Assembly (NCBI GenBank): GCA_003213695.1
Contig: QCMO01000002.1
Location: 5,287 to 69,286, forward strand
Reading direction: 5' to 3'
Source of the DNA: Pelagibacteraceae bacterium AG-422-C23
Lineage (GTDB): Bacteria; Pseudomonadota; Alphaproteobacteria; Pelagibacterales; Pelagibacteraceae
Length of the DNA stretch: 64,000 nucleotides
Shown: positions 32,434 to 42,815 of the stretch, one piece after another
Position numbering within the stretch: position 1 is the first letter of the stretch
How the letters are laid out: each line of letters starts with the position of its first letter
Translations under genes and position numbers: made by a program
The notes under the pieces: generated by a model
What the model was told of the DNA's origin: nothing
The model's input: only the letters and a program-made list of their open reading frames with translations
Database searches by the model: none

Positions 32434-33237
32434 ATGGAACAAAAAAAAAATAATTTTAAAATTGTTTCCGATAAAAAAGCAAGAATAATTTTGCCAAATG
32501 CAATTACTTTAATTGGAGTTTGTATTGGTTTAACTTCAATTAAGTTTGCTATAGATGGTAAATTTGCAATTGCTATTATTGCAATTTTATTTGCAGGTCT
32601 AATGGATGCATTAGATGGTCGAATAGCAAGGTTAATAAAAGGAACGTCTAAAATGGGGAAAGAATTAGACTCTTTAGGAGATGTGATAAGTTTTGGTGTT
32701 GCACCAGCGCTTATCATGTATTTTTGGAATTTACAGTATCTAGATAAACTAGGATGGTTTGTTTGTTTAACATATGTAGTTTGCGTTGCATTGAGACTTG
32801 CAAGATTCAATATTAATTCTGAAGATGAGCCCTCATGGAAAGATAATTTTTTTGAGGGAATGCCCTCACCAGCAGGAGGAATAATAGTTCTAATGCCATT
32901 GATCTTCAGTTTTAGTGGATTTGGTGAATATATTTTTAAAATTAATTATGATCTAGTAGTTCCAATATTTTTTATTTTTGTATCAATATTATTGATAAGT
33001 ACCATACCAACATATTCTTTTAAAAAAATAGTAATACAAAGATCAATGACAAAATTTCTATTATTTGGAATTGTCTTATTTTTTGGTGCATTATTAGTTT
33101 ACACTTTTAAAATTTTAGCTATCACTTCTTTGATATATCTTTGTTTAATTCCAATTAGTTTTCTTCATTTTAAAAAAATTAAAAAAGAAAAAAATATTAC
33201 TGCGGACAATGATGAAGGACTTGAAGATATATTATAA
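32434..33237 (+). CDS. pssA: CDP-diacylglycerol-serine O-phosphatidyltransferase
   Basis: DALDGRIAR...G.ELDSL.D, LRLARFN, F.GMPSP; follows psd. Confidence 0.88.
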   Translation: MEQKKNNFKIVSDKKARIILPNAITLIGVCIGLTSIKFAIDGKFAIAIIAILFAGLMDALDGRIARLIKGTSKMGKELDSLGDVISFGVAPALIMYFWNLQYLDKLGWFVCLTYVVCVALRLARFNINSEDEPSWKDNFFEGMPSPAGGIIVLMPLIFSFSGFGEYIFKINYDLVVPIFFIFVSILLISTIPTYSFKKIVIQRSMTKFLLFGIVLFFGALLVYTFKILAITSLIYLCLIPISFLHFKKIKKEKNITADNDEGLEDIL

Positions 33238-34149
33238 ATGAAAAAAAACGTAATTGTTTCATTAGCAGACGCTAACTATTTTCCATTATTAGAAGAATTA
33301 GTTAATTCTATTAAAAGATTTAAAGAAAGCAATAATATTGCAATCTGTATTTTAGATGCTGGTTTAACTCAAGAACAAAAAGAAAAATTATTAAAAAAAG
33401 TAGATGAAATAAAATCTGCTGAGTGGGATATTGATGTTCCAGGATATAAAGTTAAAGGAAAAGAATGGTTAAAGAGTCAAGTATCTAGAGCATTTCTACC
33501 AAAATATTTTCCTAATTATGAAAAATATTTATGGATAGATTGTGATGCTTGGGTAAATGACTGGGGTTGTATAGATTTGTATTTAAAAGCCTGTGATAAC
33601 GGAAAACTAGGTATTACCCAAACTATTGGTCCTGGCTACAAGATAACTTCAAAAGTTAATTGGCTATTTGGAAAACTTGCAATCATAAAATCTCAAAATT
33701 TTAAACATGCTGTAAAGTCAAGAATTGGTTATGATAAAGCCAGAAAATTAGCCTTTGCACCTCACATTAATATAGGAGTTTTCTCGTTAGAAAAAAATTC
33801 TAAGGGTTGGAATATTTGGCAGGATAATCTATCAAAAACACTAAAAGCAGGTAATATTTTTGGATCAGAAGGATTAGCAATCAATATGTCAGTTTACATA
33901 GATGGTTTAGAGACAGAATTTTTACCTTTAAATTGCAATTGGATTACTAGTAATTTACTTCCAAAATATGATGAGGAAAAACAAATATTTGTTGAACCAT
34001 ACTTGCCACATTACAAAATAGGAATAATGCATCTTGCTGCAGGAATTTGGAAAGATGGCAAAGACATGAGAACTGATAAGAATATAAGAATTGAAATTAA
34101 AACTCTTAAAGATAATAAAATTTTAAAAAGTCTAAGATATAATATTTAA
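33238..34149 (+). CDS. GT-A fold glycosyltransferase (GT8-like)
   Basis: DANYF, R.FLP..FP.YEKYLWIDCD (DxD), N.GVF, IMH. Confidence 0.7.
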   Translation: MKKNVIVSLADANYFPLLEELVNSIKRFKESNNIAICILDAGLTQEQKEKLLKKVDEIKSAEWDIDVPGYKVKGKEWLKSQVSRAFLPKYFPNYEKYLWIDCDAWVNDWGCIDLYLKACDNGKLGITQTIGPGYKITSKVNWLFGKLAIIKSQNFKHAVKSRIGYDKARKLAFAPHINIGVFSLEKNSKGWNIWQDNLSKTLKAGNIFGSEGLAINMSVYIDGLETEFLPLNCNWITSNLLPKYDEEKQIFVEPYLPHYKIGIMHLAAGIWKDGKDMRTDKNIRIEIKTLKDNKILKSLRYNI

Positions 34150-34761
34150 TTGAAAAAAAACAAAATCTCAAAAAATTGGGTCAATAAACAAAGACGAGAT
34201 ATTTATGTTCGTCAATCAAAAGTAGATGGTTACAGGGCAAGATCAGTTTATAAATTAATAGAGATTGACGAAAAATTTAAAATTTTTAAAGGTGGGATGT
34301 CAGTTATAGACATAGGTGCTGCTCCAGGTAGTTGGTCTCAATATGTCTCAAAAAATGTTAAAAGTGGTAAAATAATCTCAGTAGATATTAAAGAAATACA
34401 ACAAATACCTAACGTAATACAAATTAAAGGAGATTTTACTGAAACTAATATTCAAGACCAGATTAAAAGTTTTTTAAAAAAAGGCTCTGATGTTGTCATG
34501 TCAGATATGGCAATCAACACTACAGGAATTAAAAATATTGATGCAATTCAAACAGGAGAGCTTTGTAAAGAGGCAATGGTTTTCTCAAGTGATGTTTTAT
34601 CTAAAAAAGGTTATTTTATTTCAAAAATATTCATGGGCAGTACTTTCAATGAAATTGTCGCACTAGGAAAAAAATTATTTAAAGAAGTAAAGGTTTTTAA
34701 ACCTAAATCAAGTCGTAAAGATTCTAAAGAAAGTTTTATAATTTGTAAAAATCTTAGATAG
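34150..34761 (+). CDS. rlmE: 23S rRNA methyltransferase RlmE (FtsJ)
   Basis: YRARSVYKL, DIGAAPGSWSQ, SDMA, KPKSSR..S.E. Confidence 0.93.
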   Translation: MKKNKISKNWVNKQRRDIYVRQSKVDGYRARSVYKLIEIDEKFKIFKGGMSVIDIGAAPGSWSQYVSKNVKSGKIISVDIKEIQQIPNVIQIKGDFTETNIQDQIKSFLKKGSDVVMSDMAINTTGIKNIDAIQTGELCKEAMVFSSDVLSKKGYFISKIFMGSTFNEIVALGKKLFKEVKVFKPKSSRKDSKESFIICKNLR

Positions 34762-34792
34762 AGACTTTCAATTTAAAAGGAATCATATATAA

Positions 34793-35875
34793 ATGATCAT
34801 GGTTCCTATAAAAGAAGCACTTACCTTTGATGATGTTACGTTAGCACCAAAATATTCAGAAATATTACCATCAGAAGTTGATACTAGTATAAAATTAACA
34901 GAAACATTAAAACTTAAAATTCCACTTTTGTCATCCGCTATGGATACTGTTACCGAAAGTAATATGGCAATAGCAATTGCTAAAGCGGGAGGCATGGGAG
35001 TAATTCATAGAAACTTAGAGATAAAAAAGCAAATTTTGGAAATTAAAAAAGTAAAAAGTAAAAAATTGTTAGTAGGTGCAGCTGTTGGTGCAGGACCAAA
35101 TGAATTTAATAGGGCTAAAGAAATTTTAAAAGAAAATATAGACATGATTGTTGTGGATACAGCCCATGGTCATACTAAGAAAGTTTCTGAAATAATTAAA
35201 TTTATTAAAAAAATAAAAAATAGAAAAACAGCATTATGTGCTGGTAATATAGCAACACCTACTGCTGCTAAGTTTTTGTTAAAATTGGGGGTTGATATTA
35301 TAAAAGTTGGAATTGGACCAGGTTCAATTTGTACAACAAGATTAGTTGCTGGTATTGGGGTACCACAATTAAGTGCAATTCTTAATGTAAGAAATGGAAT
35401 TAAAAATAAAAAGGTAAAAATTATCTCTGATGGAGGTATAAAATATTCTGGTGATTTGGCAAAAGCTTTTGCAGCAGGAGCTGATGCTGTAATGATTGGT
35501 TCACTCTTTGCTGGAACAGATGAAACTCCAGGAAAACTAATAAAAAGAAATGGTAAATTATTTAAAAGCTTTAGGGGCATGGGTTCTGTTGGTGCTATGA
35601 ACAAAGGGTCAGCTGATAGATATTTCCAAACTAAACAAAAAGACTCATCAAAATATGTACCAGAGGGTGTAGAAGGGTTAGCGAAATACAAAGGTAGAGT
35701 GGAGAGAATAATATATAAATTAGTTGGTGGATTAAGATCTTCTATGGGTTATCTTGGTTCTAAACAAATAAAATATTTAAGAAATAAACCACAATTTGTA
35801 AAAATTACAAAGGCAGGATTTTATGAAAGTATGGTCCATAATGTTGATGTAATTAAAAATGATGAAAAATACTAA
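34793..35875 (+). CDS. guaB: IMP dehydrogenase (no CBS domain)
   Basis: SSAMDTVTE, DTAHGH, GIGPGSICTTR, FRGMGS, VPEGVEG. Confidence 0.95.
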   Translation: MIMVPIKEALTFDDVTLAPKYSEILPSEVDTSIKLTETLKLKIPLLSSAMDTVTESNMAIAIAKAGGMGVIHRNLEIKKQILEIKKVKSKKLLVGAAVGAGPNEFNRAKEILKENIDMIVVDTAHGHTKKVSEIIKFIKKIKNRKTALCAGNIATPTAAKFLLKLGVDIIKVGIGPGSICTTRLVAGIGVPQLSAILNVRNGIKNKKVKIISDGGIKYSGDLAKAFAAGADAVMIGSLFAGTDETPGKLIKRNGKLFKSFRGMGSVGAMNKGSADRYFQTKQKDSSKYVPEGVEGLAKYKGRVERIIYKLVGGLRSSMGYLGSKQIKYLRNKPQFVKITKAGFYESMVHNVDVIKNDEKY

Positions 35876-36315
35876 TGAATAAAATTTTTGGATTTATATT
35901 ACTTTCCTATTTTGTGATAAATATATTTAATTTTTCTATTGGAAATGAAAAGTTTTTCAATGAAGGTGTAAAATTATATAAAAATAAAAAATATGATGAT
36001 GCACGTTTTATGTTTGAGAGAAGTATTGTATTTAACCCAAAAGACTCAAATTCCTACCTATATTTAGCTAAAATATACAATATTGAAGATGATCAAAATA
36101 AAGAGGAAAAAAATTTAGAAGCAACTTTGTTAATTGAACCAAACAACGAGGAAGCAATATTAATGTCAATGAAAATAGCTTTGAAAAAATCTAATTATTC
36201 TAAGGTAAAAGATTTATCTAATACTTTTACAAAAGTTTGTAAAAATTTATGTAAAGAAAATCAAAATATTCTTGAGACGCTCTCAAATATTGAGCCAAAA
36301 AATAATGAGTCTTGA
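35875..36315 (+). CDS. TPR-repeat protein
   Basis: N-terminal hydrophobic segment, TPR-like helices ([16 protein letters not shown]; IEPNNEEA). Confidence 0.75.
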   Translation: MNKIFGFILLSYFVINIFNFSIGNEKFFNEGVKLYKNKKYDDARFMFERSIVFNPKDSNSYLYLAKIYNIEDDQNKEEKNLEATLLIEPNNEEAILMSMKIALKKSNYSKVKDLSNTFTKVCKNLCKENQNILETLSNIEPKNNES

Positions 36316-37867
36316 TAAAAGTTTAAAAAAAATCTTAATTATAGATTTTGGCTCACAGTTTACCCAGTTAATTGCAAGAAGAATTAGAGAGTTAGGGGTT
36401 TTTTCTGAAATAGTAAGTCATAAAAAAATTAAAAATAAAGATATTGGAAAATCAGTAAAGGGAATAATTTTGTCTGGAGGTCCTTTAAACGTTTATGATT
36501 TAAAGAAATACTCATTTGATAAAAGAATTTTAAAAAAAAATTTACCAATTCTTGGTATTTGTTTTGGCCATCAAATTCTTTCAAAATTAAATGGTGGAAG
36601 AGTAAAACAATCAAAACATAGAGAATTCGGTCTAGCAAATATCCATAAGAAAAAAAATAGCCCCTTAATTAAAAATTTTTTCAAAACAAAAAATTTTGTA
36701 AAAGTTTGGATGAGTCACGCAGATCAAGTTTCAAAGTTACCAAAAAATTTTAGTGTAGTGGCATCTAGTCAAAATTCAAAGTTCGCTGTTGTTGAGGACA
36801 ATTCAAAGAAATTTTTTGGGGTTCAATTTCATCCAGAAGTTACTCATACAGAAAATGGAAAAAAAATTTTTAGTAATTTTATCTTTTCAATATGTAAGAT
36901 TAAAAAAAACTGGTCATCAAAAGCGCAAAAAACAAGATTAATTGATGAAGTAAGAAGTCAAGTCGGACAAAATAAAGTTATCTGTGCTCTCTCAGGAGGT
37001 GTCGATAGTAGCGTTGTAGCTCAATTGTTAAATAAAGCAATTGGAAAGAATTTATATTGTATTTTTGTAAATACAGGGCTTCTAAGAAAGAATGAGGAAA
37101 AACAAGTTGTAGCAACTTTTAAAAAAAGATTAAAAATTAATTTAATTTACGTAAACGCAGAAAAAGAATTCATTACAAAACTGACTAATGTTTCTGATCC
37201 TGAAAAAAAGAGAAAAATAATCGGAAATTTATTCATTAAAATTTTTGAACGTTATGCAAAAAAAATAAAAAATGTAAAATTTTTAGCACAAGGAACTCTT
37301 TATCCAGATTTAATAGAGAGCAAATCTGTAACTGGCAGTCAAACTTCAAAAATAAAATCTCATCACAACGTAGGTGGACTACCCAAAAAAATGAGATTGA
37401 AATTAGTTGAACCATTGAAATTTTTATTTAAAGATGAAGTAAGAAAATTAGGTTTGGAGCTAAATTTAAGTAAAGAAATTATTTCTCGACACCCTTTTCC
37501 AGGACCAGGTTTAGCAATAAGAATGCCTGGCATCATTACTAAAGAAAAAATTAATATTTTAAAAGAAGCTGATCATTATTTTATTCAAGCCTTGAGAGAA
37601 CATGGTCTCTACAATAAAATTTGGCAAGCTTATGCTGCATTACTTCCTGTAAAAACTGTAGGTGTAATGGGTGATAATCGAACCTATGAATATCTATGTT
37701 TATTAAGAGCTATTACTTCTGAAGATGGTATGACTGCAGATTTTTATGAATTTAAAAAACCATTTATTCAAGAAATTTCAAATAAAATTGTTAATAGTAT
37801 TAGAGGAATTAATAGAGTAGTTTATGATATAACTTCAAAACCTCCTAGCACTATTGAGTTAGAGTAA
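36305..37867 (+). CDS. guaA: GMP synthase (glutamine-hydrolysing)
   Basis: [46 protein letters not shown]. Confidence 0.97.
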   Translation: MSLDKSLKKILIIDFGSQFTQLIARRIRELGVFSEIVSHKKIKNKDIGKSVKGIILSGGPLNVYDLKKYSFDKRILKKNLPILGICFGHQILSKLNGGRVKQSKHREFGLANIHKKKNSPLIKNFFKTKNFVKVWMSHADQVSKLPKNFSVVASSQNSKFAVVEDNSKKFFGVQFHPEVTHTENGKKIFSNFIFSICKIKKNWSSKAQKTRLIDEVRSQVGQNKVICALSGGVDSSVVAQLLNKAIGKNLYCIFVNTGLLRKNEEKQVVATFKKRLKINLIYVNAEKEFITKLTNVSDPEKKRKIIGNLFIKIFERYAKKIKNVKFLAQGTLYPDLIESKSVTGSQTSKIKSHHNVGGLPKKMRLKLVEPLKFLFKDEVRKLGLELNLSKEIISRHPFPGPGLAIRMPGIITKEKINILKEADHYFIQALREHGLYNKIWQAYAALLPVKTVGVMGDNRTYEYLCLLRAITSEDGMTADFYEFKKPFIQEISNKIVNSIRGINRVVYDITSKPPSTIELE

Positions 37868-38647
37868 ATGAATATAAAAGTAAAAAAAATACTTAGTAAA
37901 AAAAATAAATCAAAAATTGTTTGTCTTACAGCCTATTCAAAAAATATTGCTAAAATCTTAGATAGACATTGTGATATTATACTTGTTGGAGACTCTTTAG
38001 GTTCAGTACTTTATAATTATAAATCCACTAAAGAAGTAACTTTGCAGACAATGATAAATCATTCGAAAAGTGTAAGACTAGGAGTTGAAAAATCTTTAAT
38101 GGTATTTGATATGCCTTACAATACCTATCGAAATCCAAAAGAAGCTTTAAAAAATGCAAAATTTGTTATGAGAGAGACTAAATGTGATGCAGTTAAACTA
38201 GAAGGTGGTAAAAAAATAATTCCTATTGTTAAACAATTAATTAAAAACAAAATACCAGTTATGGGTCATGTCGGTATTTTACCTCAAACTGATAAAAAAT
38301 TTAGGTTTAAAGGAAAGAAACAAAAAGAAAGTGAGAAAATTTTAAATGATACCAAACTTTTGGAAAATGCCGGAGTTTTTTCAATTGTTTTAGAATGTGT
38401 AGAAATAAAATTATCAAAGAAAATAACAGAGCATATAAAGGTACCAACAATTGGCATTGGTTCATCTGTAAATTGTGATGGACAAGTATTGGTGATAGAT
38501 GATTTGATTGGCTTGAGTCAAAGTAAATTTAAATTTGTTAAGAGGTACATAGACTTGACTAAAATTATTGAAGGTGCAGTAAAAAGATATAAATCAGAGG
38601 TTTTAAAAAAACAATTTCCAAAAGCCAAACATTCTTTCAAAAATTAA
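37868..38647 (+). CDS. panB: Ketopantoate hydroxymethyltransferase
   Basis: LTAY, LVGDSL, DMPY, VKLEGG, MGHVG..PQ, CDGQVLV. Confidence 0.95.
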   Translation: MNIKVKKILSKKNKSKIVCLTAYSKNIAKILDRHCDIILVGDSLGSVLYNYKSTKEVTLQTMINHSKSVRLGVEKSLMVFDMPYNTYRNPKEALKNAKFVMRETKCDAVKLEGGKKIIPIVKQLIKNKIPVMGHVGILPQTDKKFRFKGKKQKESEKILNDTKLLENAGVFSIVLECVEIKLSKKITEHIKVPTIGIGSSVNCDGQVLVIDDLIGLSQSKFKFVKRYIDLTKIIEGAVKRYKSEVLKKQFPKAKHSFKN

Positions 38648-38652
38648 ATAAA

Positions 38653-40134
38653 TTACCCCATTGTAAAAGGATCAGACATTGGTTTGTCAGAGGAATTGTA
38701 CCATGTTGTCTTAATTCTAGTATATTCTTTAATCGACTCTATTCCCGCCTCTTTTCCATAACCACTATCTTTTAATCCTCCAAAAGGAGCCATTGGAGAG
38801 ATTAATCTGTAAGTATTTATAAAAACTATTCCAGCACGAATTGCTTTAGATACCCTTAAGCCACGCGCAAAGTTAGAAGTGTAAACTCCTGAAGAAAGTC
38901 CGTATTTATTATCATTCATTTTGTTTATTACCTCATCTTCTTCATTAAATTTCATAACTGAAAGTATTGGACCAAATAATTCATTTTCTGCAGCGGGAAG
39001 GTTGTGATTTTTACATTCTATAATTGTTGCAGGAAAGTAGTAACCTTTATTTGAAACTGAAGATCTTTTTCCACCACATCTAATTTTTCCACCTTGTTCA
39101 ACAGTTGCTTTAATATTTTTTTCTATATTCTCTAATTGTTTAAAACTATTTAATGGCCCCATTTGTGTATCTTTTTCCATTGGGCCTCCAAGTTTTATGT
39201 TTTCAGCTTTAGAAATTAATTTTTTTAGAAATTCATCATAAATATTAGATTGCAAATAAAGTCTAGACCCAGCAATGCAACTCTGACCACTTGCCCCAAA
39301 TATTCCTGCAGTTATTCCATTCAAAGCATTTTCCTGATCAGCATCATCAAATACTACAACAGGACTTTTGCCACCAAGCTCCAAACTTACTTGAGATAAA
39401 TTTTCGGCAGAATTTTTAATAATATGTTTTGCAGTTTCTGGCCCACCTGTGAATGCTATTCTTTCTACTAGGTTATGTGTAGTTAAGGCTTTACCACAAG
39501 GCTCACCTAAACCAGTAATTATATTGATTACTCCTTTTGGTAATCCAGCTTTATCAATTAATTTTGCAAATTCTAGAAGAGTTACTGGAGCAAGTTCAGA
39601 TGCTTTAATTACAACTGTGTTTCCCATTGCAAGAGCTGGTGCAAGCTTAACAGCTGTTAATAGCATTTGAGAGTTCCAAGGAATGATTGCAGCTACTACA
39701 CCTATAGGTATTCTTGTTGTTGTAACTTGCATATCCGGTTTATCTATTGGAACAACAGTTCCCTCTACTTTGTCAGCTAATCCTGCAAAGTAATCATAGT
39801 ATTCTGCAATATAATTAGCTTGAGTTTTAGTTTCTCTATAAAGCTTACCAGTATCAAATGTTTCTATTTTTCCAAGGTGCTCTGCATTTGTTCTTAGTTG
39901 ATCAGCAATTAATTTTAAATATTTTGCTCTTTCTCTTGGATGAAGCTTAGACCAATTATTTTCAAAAGCATTTTGAGCTGATTGAACAGCTTTATTAACA
40001 TCTTTTTCATTTGCCTCAGGAACAGTTGCCCAAACTTCATTATTTTCAGGATTCAATGTTTCGATTTTTTTTCCAGAGGATGAATCTACCCATTCACCAT
40101 TAATGTACATTTTAAAATCTTGAATTTTTGACAT
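38653..40134 (-). CDS. Aldehyde dehydrogenase, TgnC-like
   Basis: LELGGKSP, GQSCIAG; subfamily segments GLADKVEG..VPIDKPDM, FTGGPETA.HI..NSAENL and C-terminal DPF.M resemble TgnC as recalled. Confidence 0.85.
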   Translation of the reverse strand: MSKIQDFKMYINGEWVDSSSGKKIETLNPENNEVWATVPEANEKDVNKAVQSAQNAFENNWSKLHPRERAKYLKLIADQLRTNAEHLGKIETFDTGKLYRETKTQANYIAEYYDYFAGLADKVEGTVVPIDKPDMQVTTTRIPIGVVAAIIPWNSQMLLTAVKLAPALAMGNTVVIKASELAPVTLLEFAKLIDKAGLPKGVINIITGLGEPCGKALTTHNLVERIAFTGGPETAKHIIKNSAENLSQVSLELGGKSPVVVFDDADQENALNGITAGIFGASGQSCIAGSRLYLQSNIYDEFLKKLISKAENIKLGGPMEKDTQMGPLNSFKQLENIEKNIKATVEQGGKIRCGGKRSSVSNKGYYFPATIIECKNHNLPAAENELFGPILSVMKFNEEDEVINKMNDNKYGLSSGVYTSNFARGLRVSKAIRAGIVFINTYRLISPMAPFGGLKDSGYGKEAGIESIKEYTRIKTTWYNSSDKPMSDPFTMG

Positions 40135-40917
40135 TTAATTACTAATAAAATTTTTAATTTTTATATTAACATCATCTACACACTCTATACTACAAAGATG
40201 TTTTCCATTTTTAATTTCAATATAAGTAGAATTAACAAGGTCTTTTACTAATTCTTTAGACATTGCAGGAGTAGAGCCAACATCATCAGAACCAGTCATT
40301 ACTAAAGTTTTTCTATTTATCTTTTTTATAGCTTCAAAATCATCATAATGATTAGCAAATAATTCATAAGCTTTGAGAAAGTTTTTGTGATCTTTCGGTT
40401 CTTTGTTTAAGATTTTGATAAACAAATCATAAGTTTTTGGATTATCTTCAAGGTATTTGTCACTAAACCATCTTTTTAAAGCTTGTTTGGATATTGGCTT
40501 ATTTAATTTTGCTTGATTATATCTATCTAATACAAGTGATCTTTCCTCACTTGATCTTTTATAAGTAGTTCCGATTAATATAAGTTTTTCCACTTTTTTT
40601 TGAAAATGAGATGAAAAATCCAATGCAATCAAAGAGCCCAAAGAAAAACCTATAAGGTTTATTTTATCAATTTTTAAATAATCTAAAATTTCTAAAAGTT
40701 GATTTGAGAAATCACTAAGGCTTAGTTTGTCTTTATCACATGGTGTTTTTCCATGTCCTAATAAATCATAAGTTAAAGTTGAGTATTCACTAAAGTAATT
40801 TACCTGTTGATCCCACATTTGATGATCAAGACCAACACCGTGGATAAACACTATTGGAATAGAATTTTTTTTATTAAATGAATAATAATTTTGATTTGTA
40901 TCAAAATTTTGGGACAT
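40135..40917 (-). CDS. Alpha/beta hydrolase, TgnD-like
   Basis: HGVG, DLLGHG, GFSLG nucleophile elbow, D..STP, KH. Confidence 0.8.
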   Translation of the reverse strand: MSQNFDTNQNYYSFNKKNSIPIVFIHGVGLDHQMWDQQVNYFSEYSTLTYDLLGHGKTPCDKDKLSLSDFSNQLLEILDYLKIDKINLIGFSLGSLIALDFSSHFQKKVEKLILIGTTYKRSSEERSLVLDRYNQAKLNKPISKQALKRWFSDKYLEDNPKTYDLFIKILNKEPKDHKNFLKAYELFANHYDDFEAIKKINRKTLVMTGSDDVGSTPAMSKELVKDLVNSTYIEIKNGKHLCSIECVDDVNIKIKNFISN

Positions 40918-40921
40918 TAGG

Positions 40922-41509
40922 TTATTTGGGATCTAATCCCATTTCTTTCATATCTTGATAACGATCTCCAGTTCTAGCATGAGCTCTCCCACTTGAAGCA
41001 CCACCGATAGCAATCACTATTTCATCATTAAAAGGAGCATCATGAATAGTAAATTCGTGAGTTAAATAATAAGGTCTTAAACCAGAATCTGTTTTATGCA
41101 TCATGGGTATAGATATTTTAGAACCTGCCGGTCCTCTTGTATTTGTAAAACTTAAATATGAAGTACCACCAACAGCATCTCTAAATTTATTTCCAAATCT
41201 TAAAGTATGAATAAAGGCTGATGCATGTTCTATTTCACCATTTAATCCTACAGTACCAGCTTTCCCATAAGCTAAAATTTTTTCAGGTGATCCAATTTCT
41301 TTGATCAATTCTGGTACTAATATATCTCCAAGTTTTGGTGCTAAATCTAAAATGATTGGTTTTAAATCTTCAACAAAACCTTGTCCAGCCCAAGGGTTTT
41401 TAAAAACAGCTGCCACTGAAACTAGCAAAACGGGCTCTTTAGCTTCTTTGCCACCCTCAATAAATGTTTTGTCTACAAATTTTGCAAACTTCCTTAATTC
41501 GAGTTTCAC
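40922..41509 (-). CDS. DUF1185 (amino acid synthesis family) protein, TgnF-like
   Basis: AAV..NPWAG, AYGKA..VG..GEIEH, IPM.HK, DAP..DEIV. Confidence 0.8.
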   Translation of the reverse strand: MKLELRKFAKFVDKTFIEGGKEAKEPVLLVSVAAVFKNPWAGQGFVEDLKPIILDLAPKLGDILVPELIKEIGSPEKILAYGKAGTVGLNGEIEHASAFIHTLRFGNKFRDAVGGTSYLSFTNTRGPAGSKISIPMMHKTDSGLRPYYLTHEFTIHDAPFNDEIVIAIGGASSGRAHARTGDRYQDMKEMGLDPK

Positions 41510-42675
41510 TAACTGGCTTTCTCTATATCATCGTTATCAAAATTAATCTTAGGTATAACTTCATCATTAAACAGTTTTATACTTCTCATACAAGCTTGAT
41601 GATCTATCCCTGGAAAGTTAGACCAAACTTGTAAATTTTGTAAATTAAGTTCTGATTTAAGTTCATTAATTTTGTTTACTACATATTCAGGTGTGCCAAA
41701 TAATAAATTTCTTTTATGTAAAAAATCATAATTTAAAAGATCTAATTTATGTTTTGTCTCTGGTAATTCTTCACCTGGATCCATGTGATTTCCTAATCCT
41801 CTCCAATGACAAACCCATCTCATATAATTTATGATATGTTCACCAGCTAATTTTTCAGCCTCCTCCATAGTTTCTGCAACAAACATATCTCTTACAAGAG
41901 AAATACCCTCTCCTAATGGCACATCTCTATTCTCTGCTTTTGATTTTGCATCTCTATATATTTCAAACCTTTTCTTTAAAGCCTTGACTGTTGGTATCCA
42001 CATTATAGTATTTAATCCATTTTGAGCTGCCCATTCAATTGATCTTGCACCATCTACCACCTGCCAAATTGGAGGATGAGGTGCTTGTTTTGGTTTTGGA
42101 ACAATACTTATCTTTTTAATTTCATTTGTTTTTGTATCTAAAAACTTTTCACTTGGTGGACTCATATCGTGCTGCCAAACAAAATTTGGTGACGGATAAG
42201 TATAAAATTCACCCTTGTGACTGAAAAATTCTTCAGTCCAAGCTTTTTTCATTATAGTTAATGTTTCATCAAACAGTCTAAAGTTTTTAGCCTGATCTTT
42301 AAGGTCAGCCTCTTTATTCATATTTATAGCTTCTCTTCCATAGATGCCTCTGCCAATTCCAACCTCGACTCTTCCATTTGATAACTGATCTAATAAAGCG
42401 ATGTCTTCTGCTAATCTTATCGGGTTATGGAAAGTGATAACATTACAAGCTTGACCTATTCTTATTTGTTTAGTTCTTGCAGCAGCATCAACACCCATCA
42501 TTAAGGGATTAGTACATGACTCCATTCCCTCATGATTAAAGTGGTGTTCAGTGTACCAAATAGAGTTCCAATTATTTTCATCACAGTAAGTTGTGATCTC
42601 TTTAGTTTCATCTAATAATTGTTGATAGGGTTTGTGATCCCAGTTTGTGGTATTGCAAAAATAACCAAATTTCAT
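41509..42675 (-). CDS. Luciferase-like flavin monooxygenase (LLM), TgnB-like position
   Basis: W.TEHHF, NP, R.AEDIA.LD.LS.GR...G.GRG, P.P.Q.PHPPIW, GTPE; AAGGAGG RBS. Confidence 0.88.
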   Translation of the reverse strand: MKFGYFCNTTNWDHKPYQQLLDETKEITTYCDENNWNSIWYTEHHFNHEGMESCTNPLMMGVDAAARTKQIRIGQACNVITFHNPIRLAEDIALLDQLSNGRVEVGIGRGIYGREAINMNKEADLKDQAKNFRLFDETLTIMKKAWTEEFFSHKGEFYTYPSPNFVWQHDMSPPSEKFLDTKTNEIKKISIVPKPKQAPHPPIWQVVDGARSIEWAAQNGLNTIMWIPTVKALKKRFEIYRDAKSKAENRDVPLGEGISLVRDMFVAETMEEAEKLAGEHIINYMRWVCHWRGLGNHMDPGEELPETKHKLDLLNYDFLHKRNLLFGTPEYVVNKINELKSELNLQNLQVWSNFPGIDHQACMRSIKLFNDEVIPKINFDNDDIEKAS

Positions 42676-42815
42676 TTTAACCTCCTTAAATAATTAAATC
42701 TAAGACGATTGATCCCACTTTCGTATTTTGTAAATATCGACGAGTTATGTATCGCTCAGACAGGACTGTAATTTAACTAGACTATTTAATCAATATATAT
42801 TTAATCAAGCTTTAA

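Noticed and set aside
34793-35875. Short guaB as a third deletion junction
   Set aside because: The missing part corresponds cleanly to the CBS subdomain, a known natural IMPDH variant; catalytic motifs are intact
42700-42780. Hammerhead ribozyme (CTGAGCGA...CGAAA on the minus strand)
   Set aside because: Core is not CUGANGA and the three stems cannot be built convincingly; kept only as an unclassified leader
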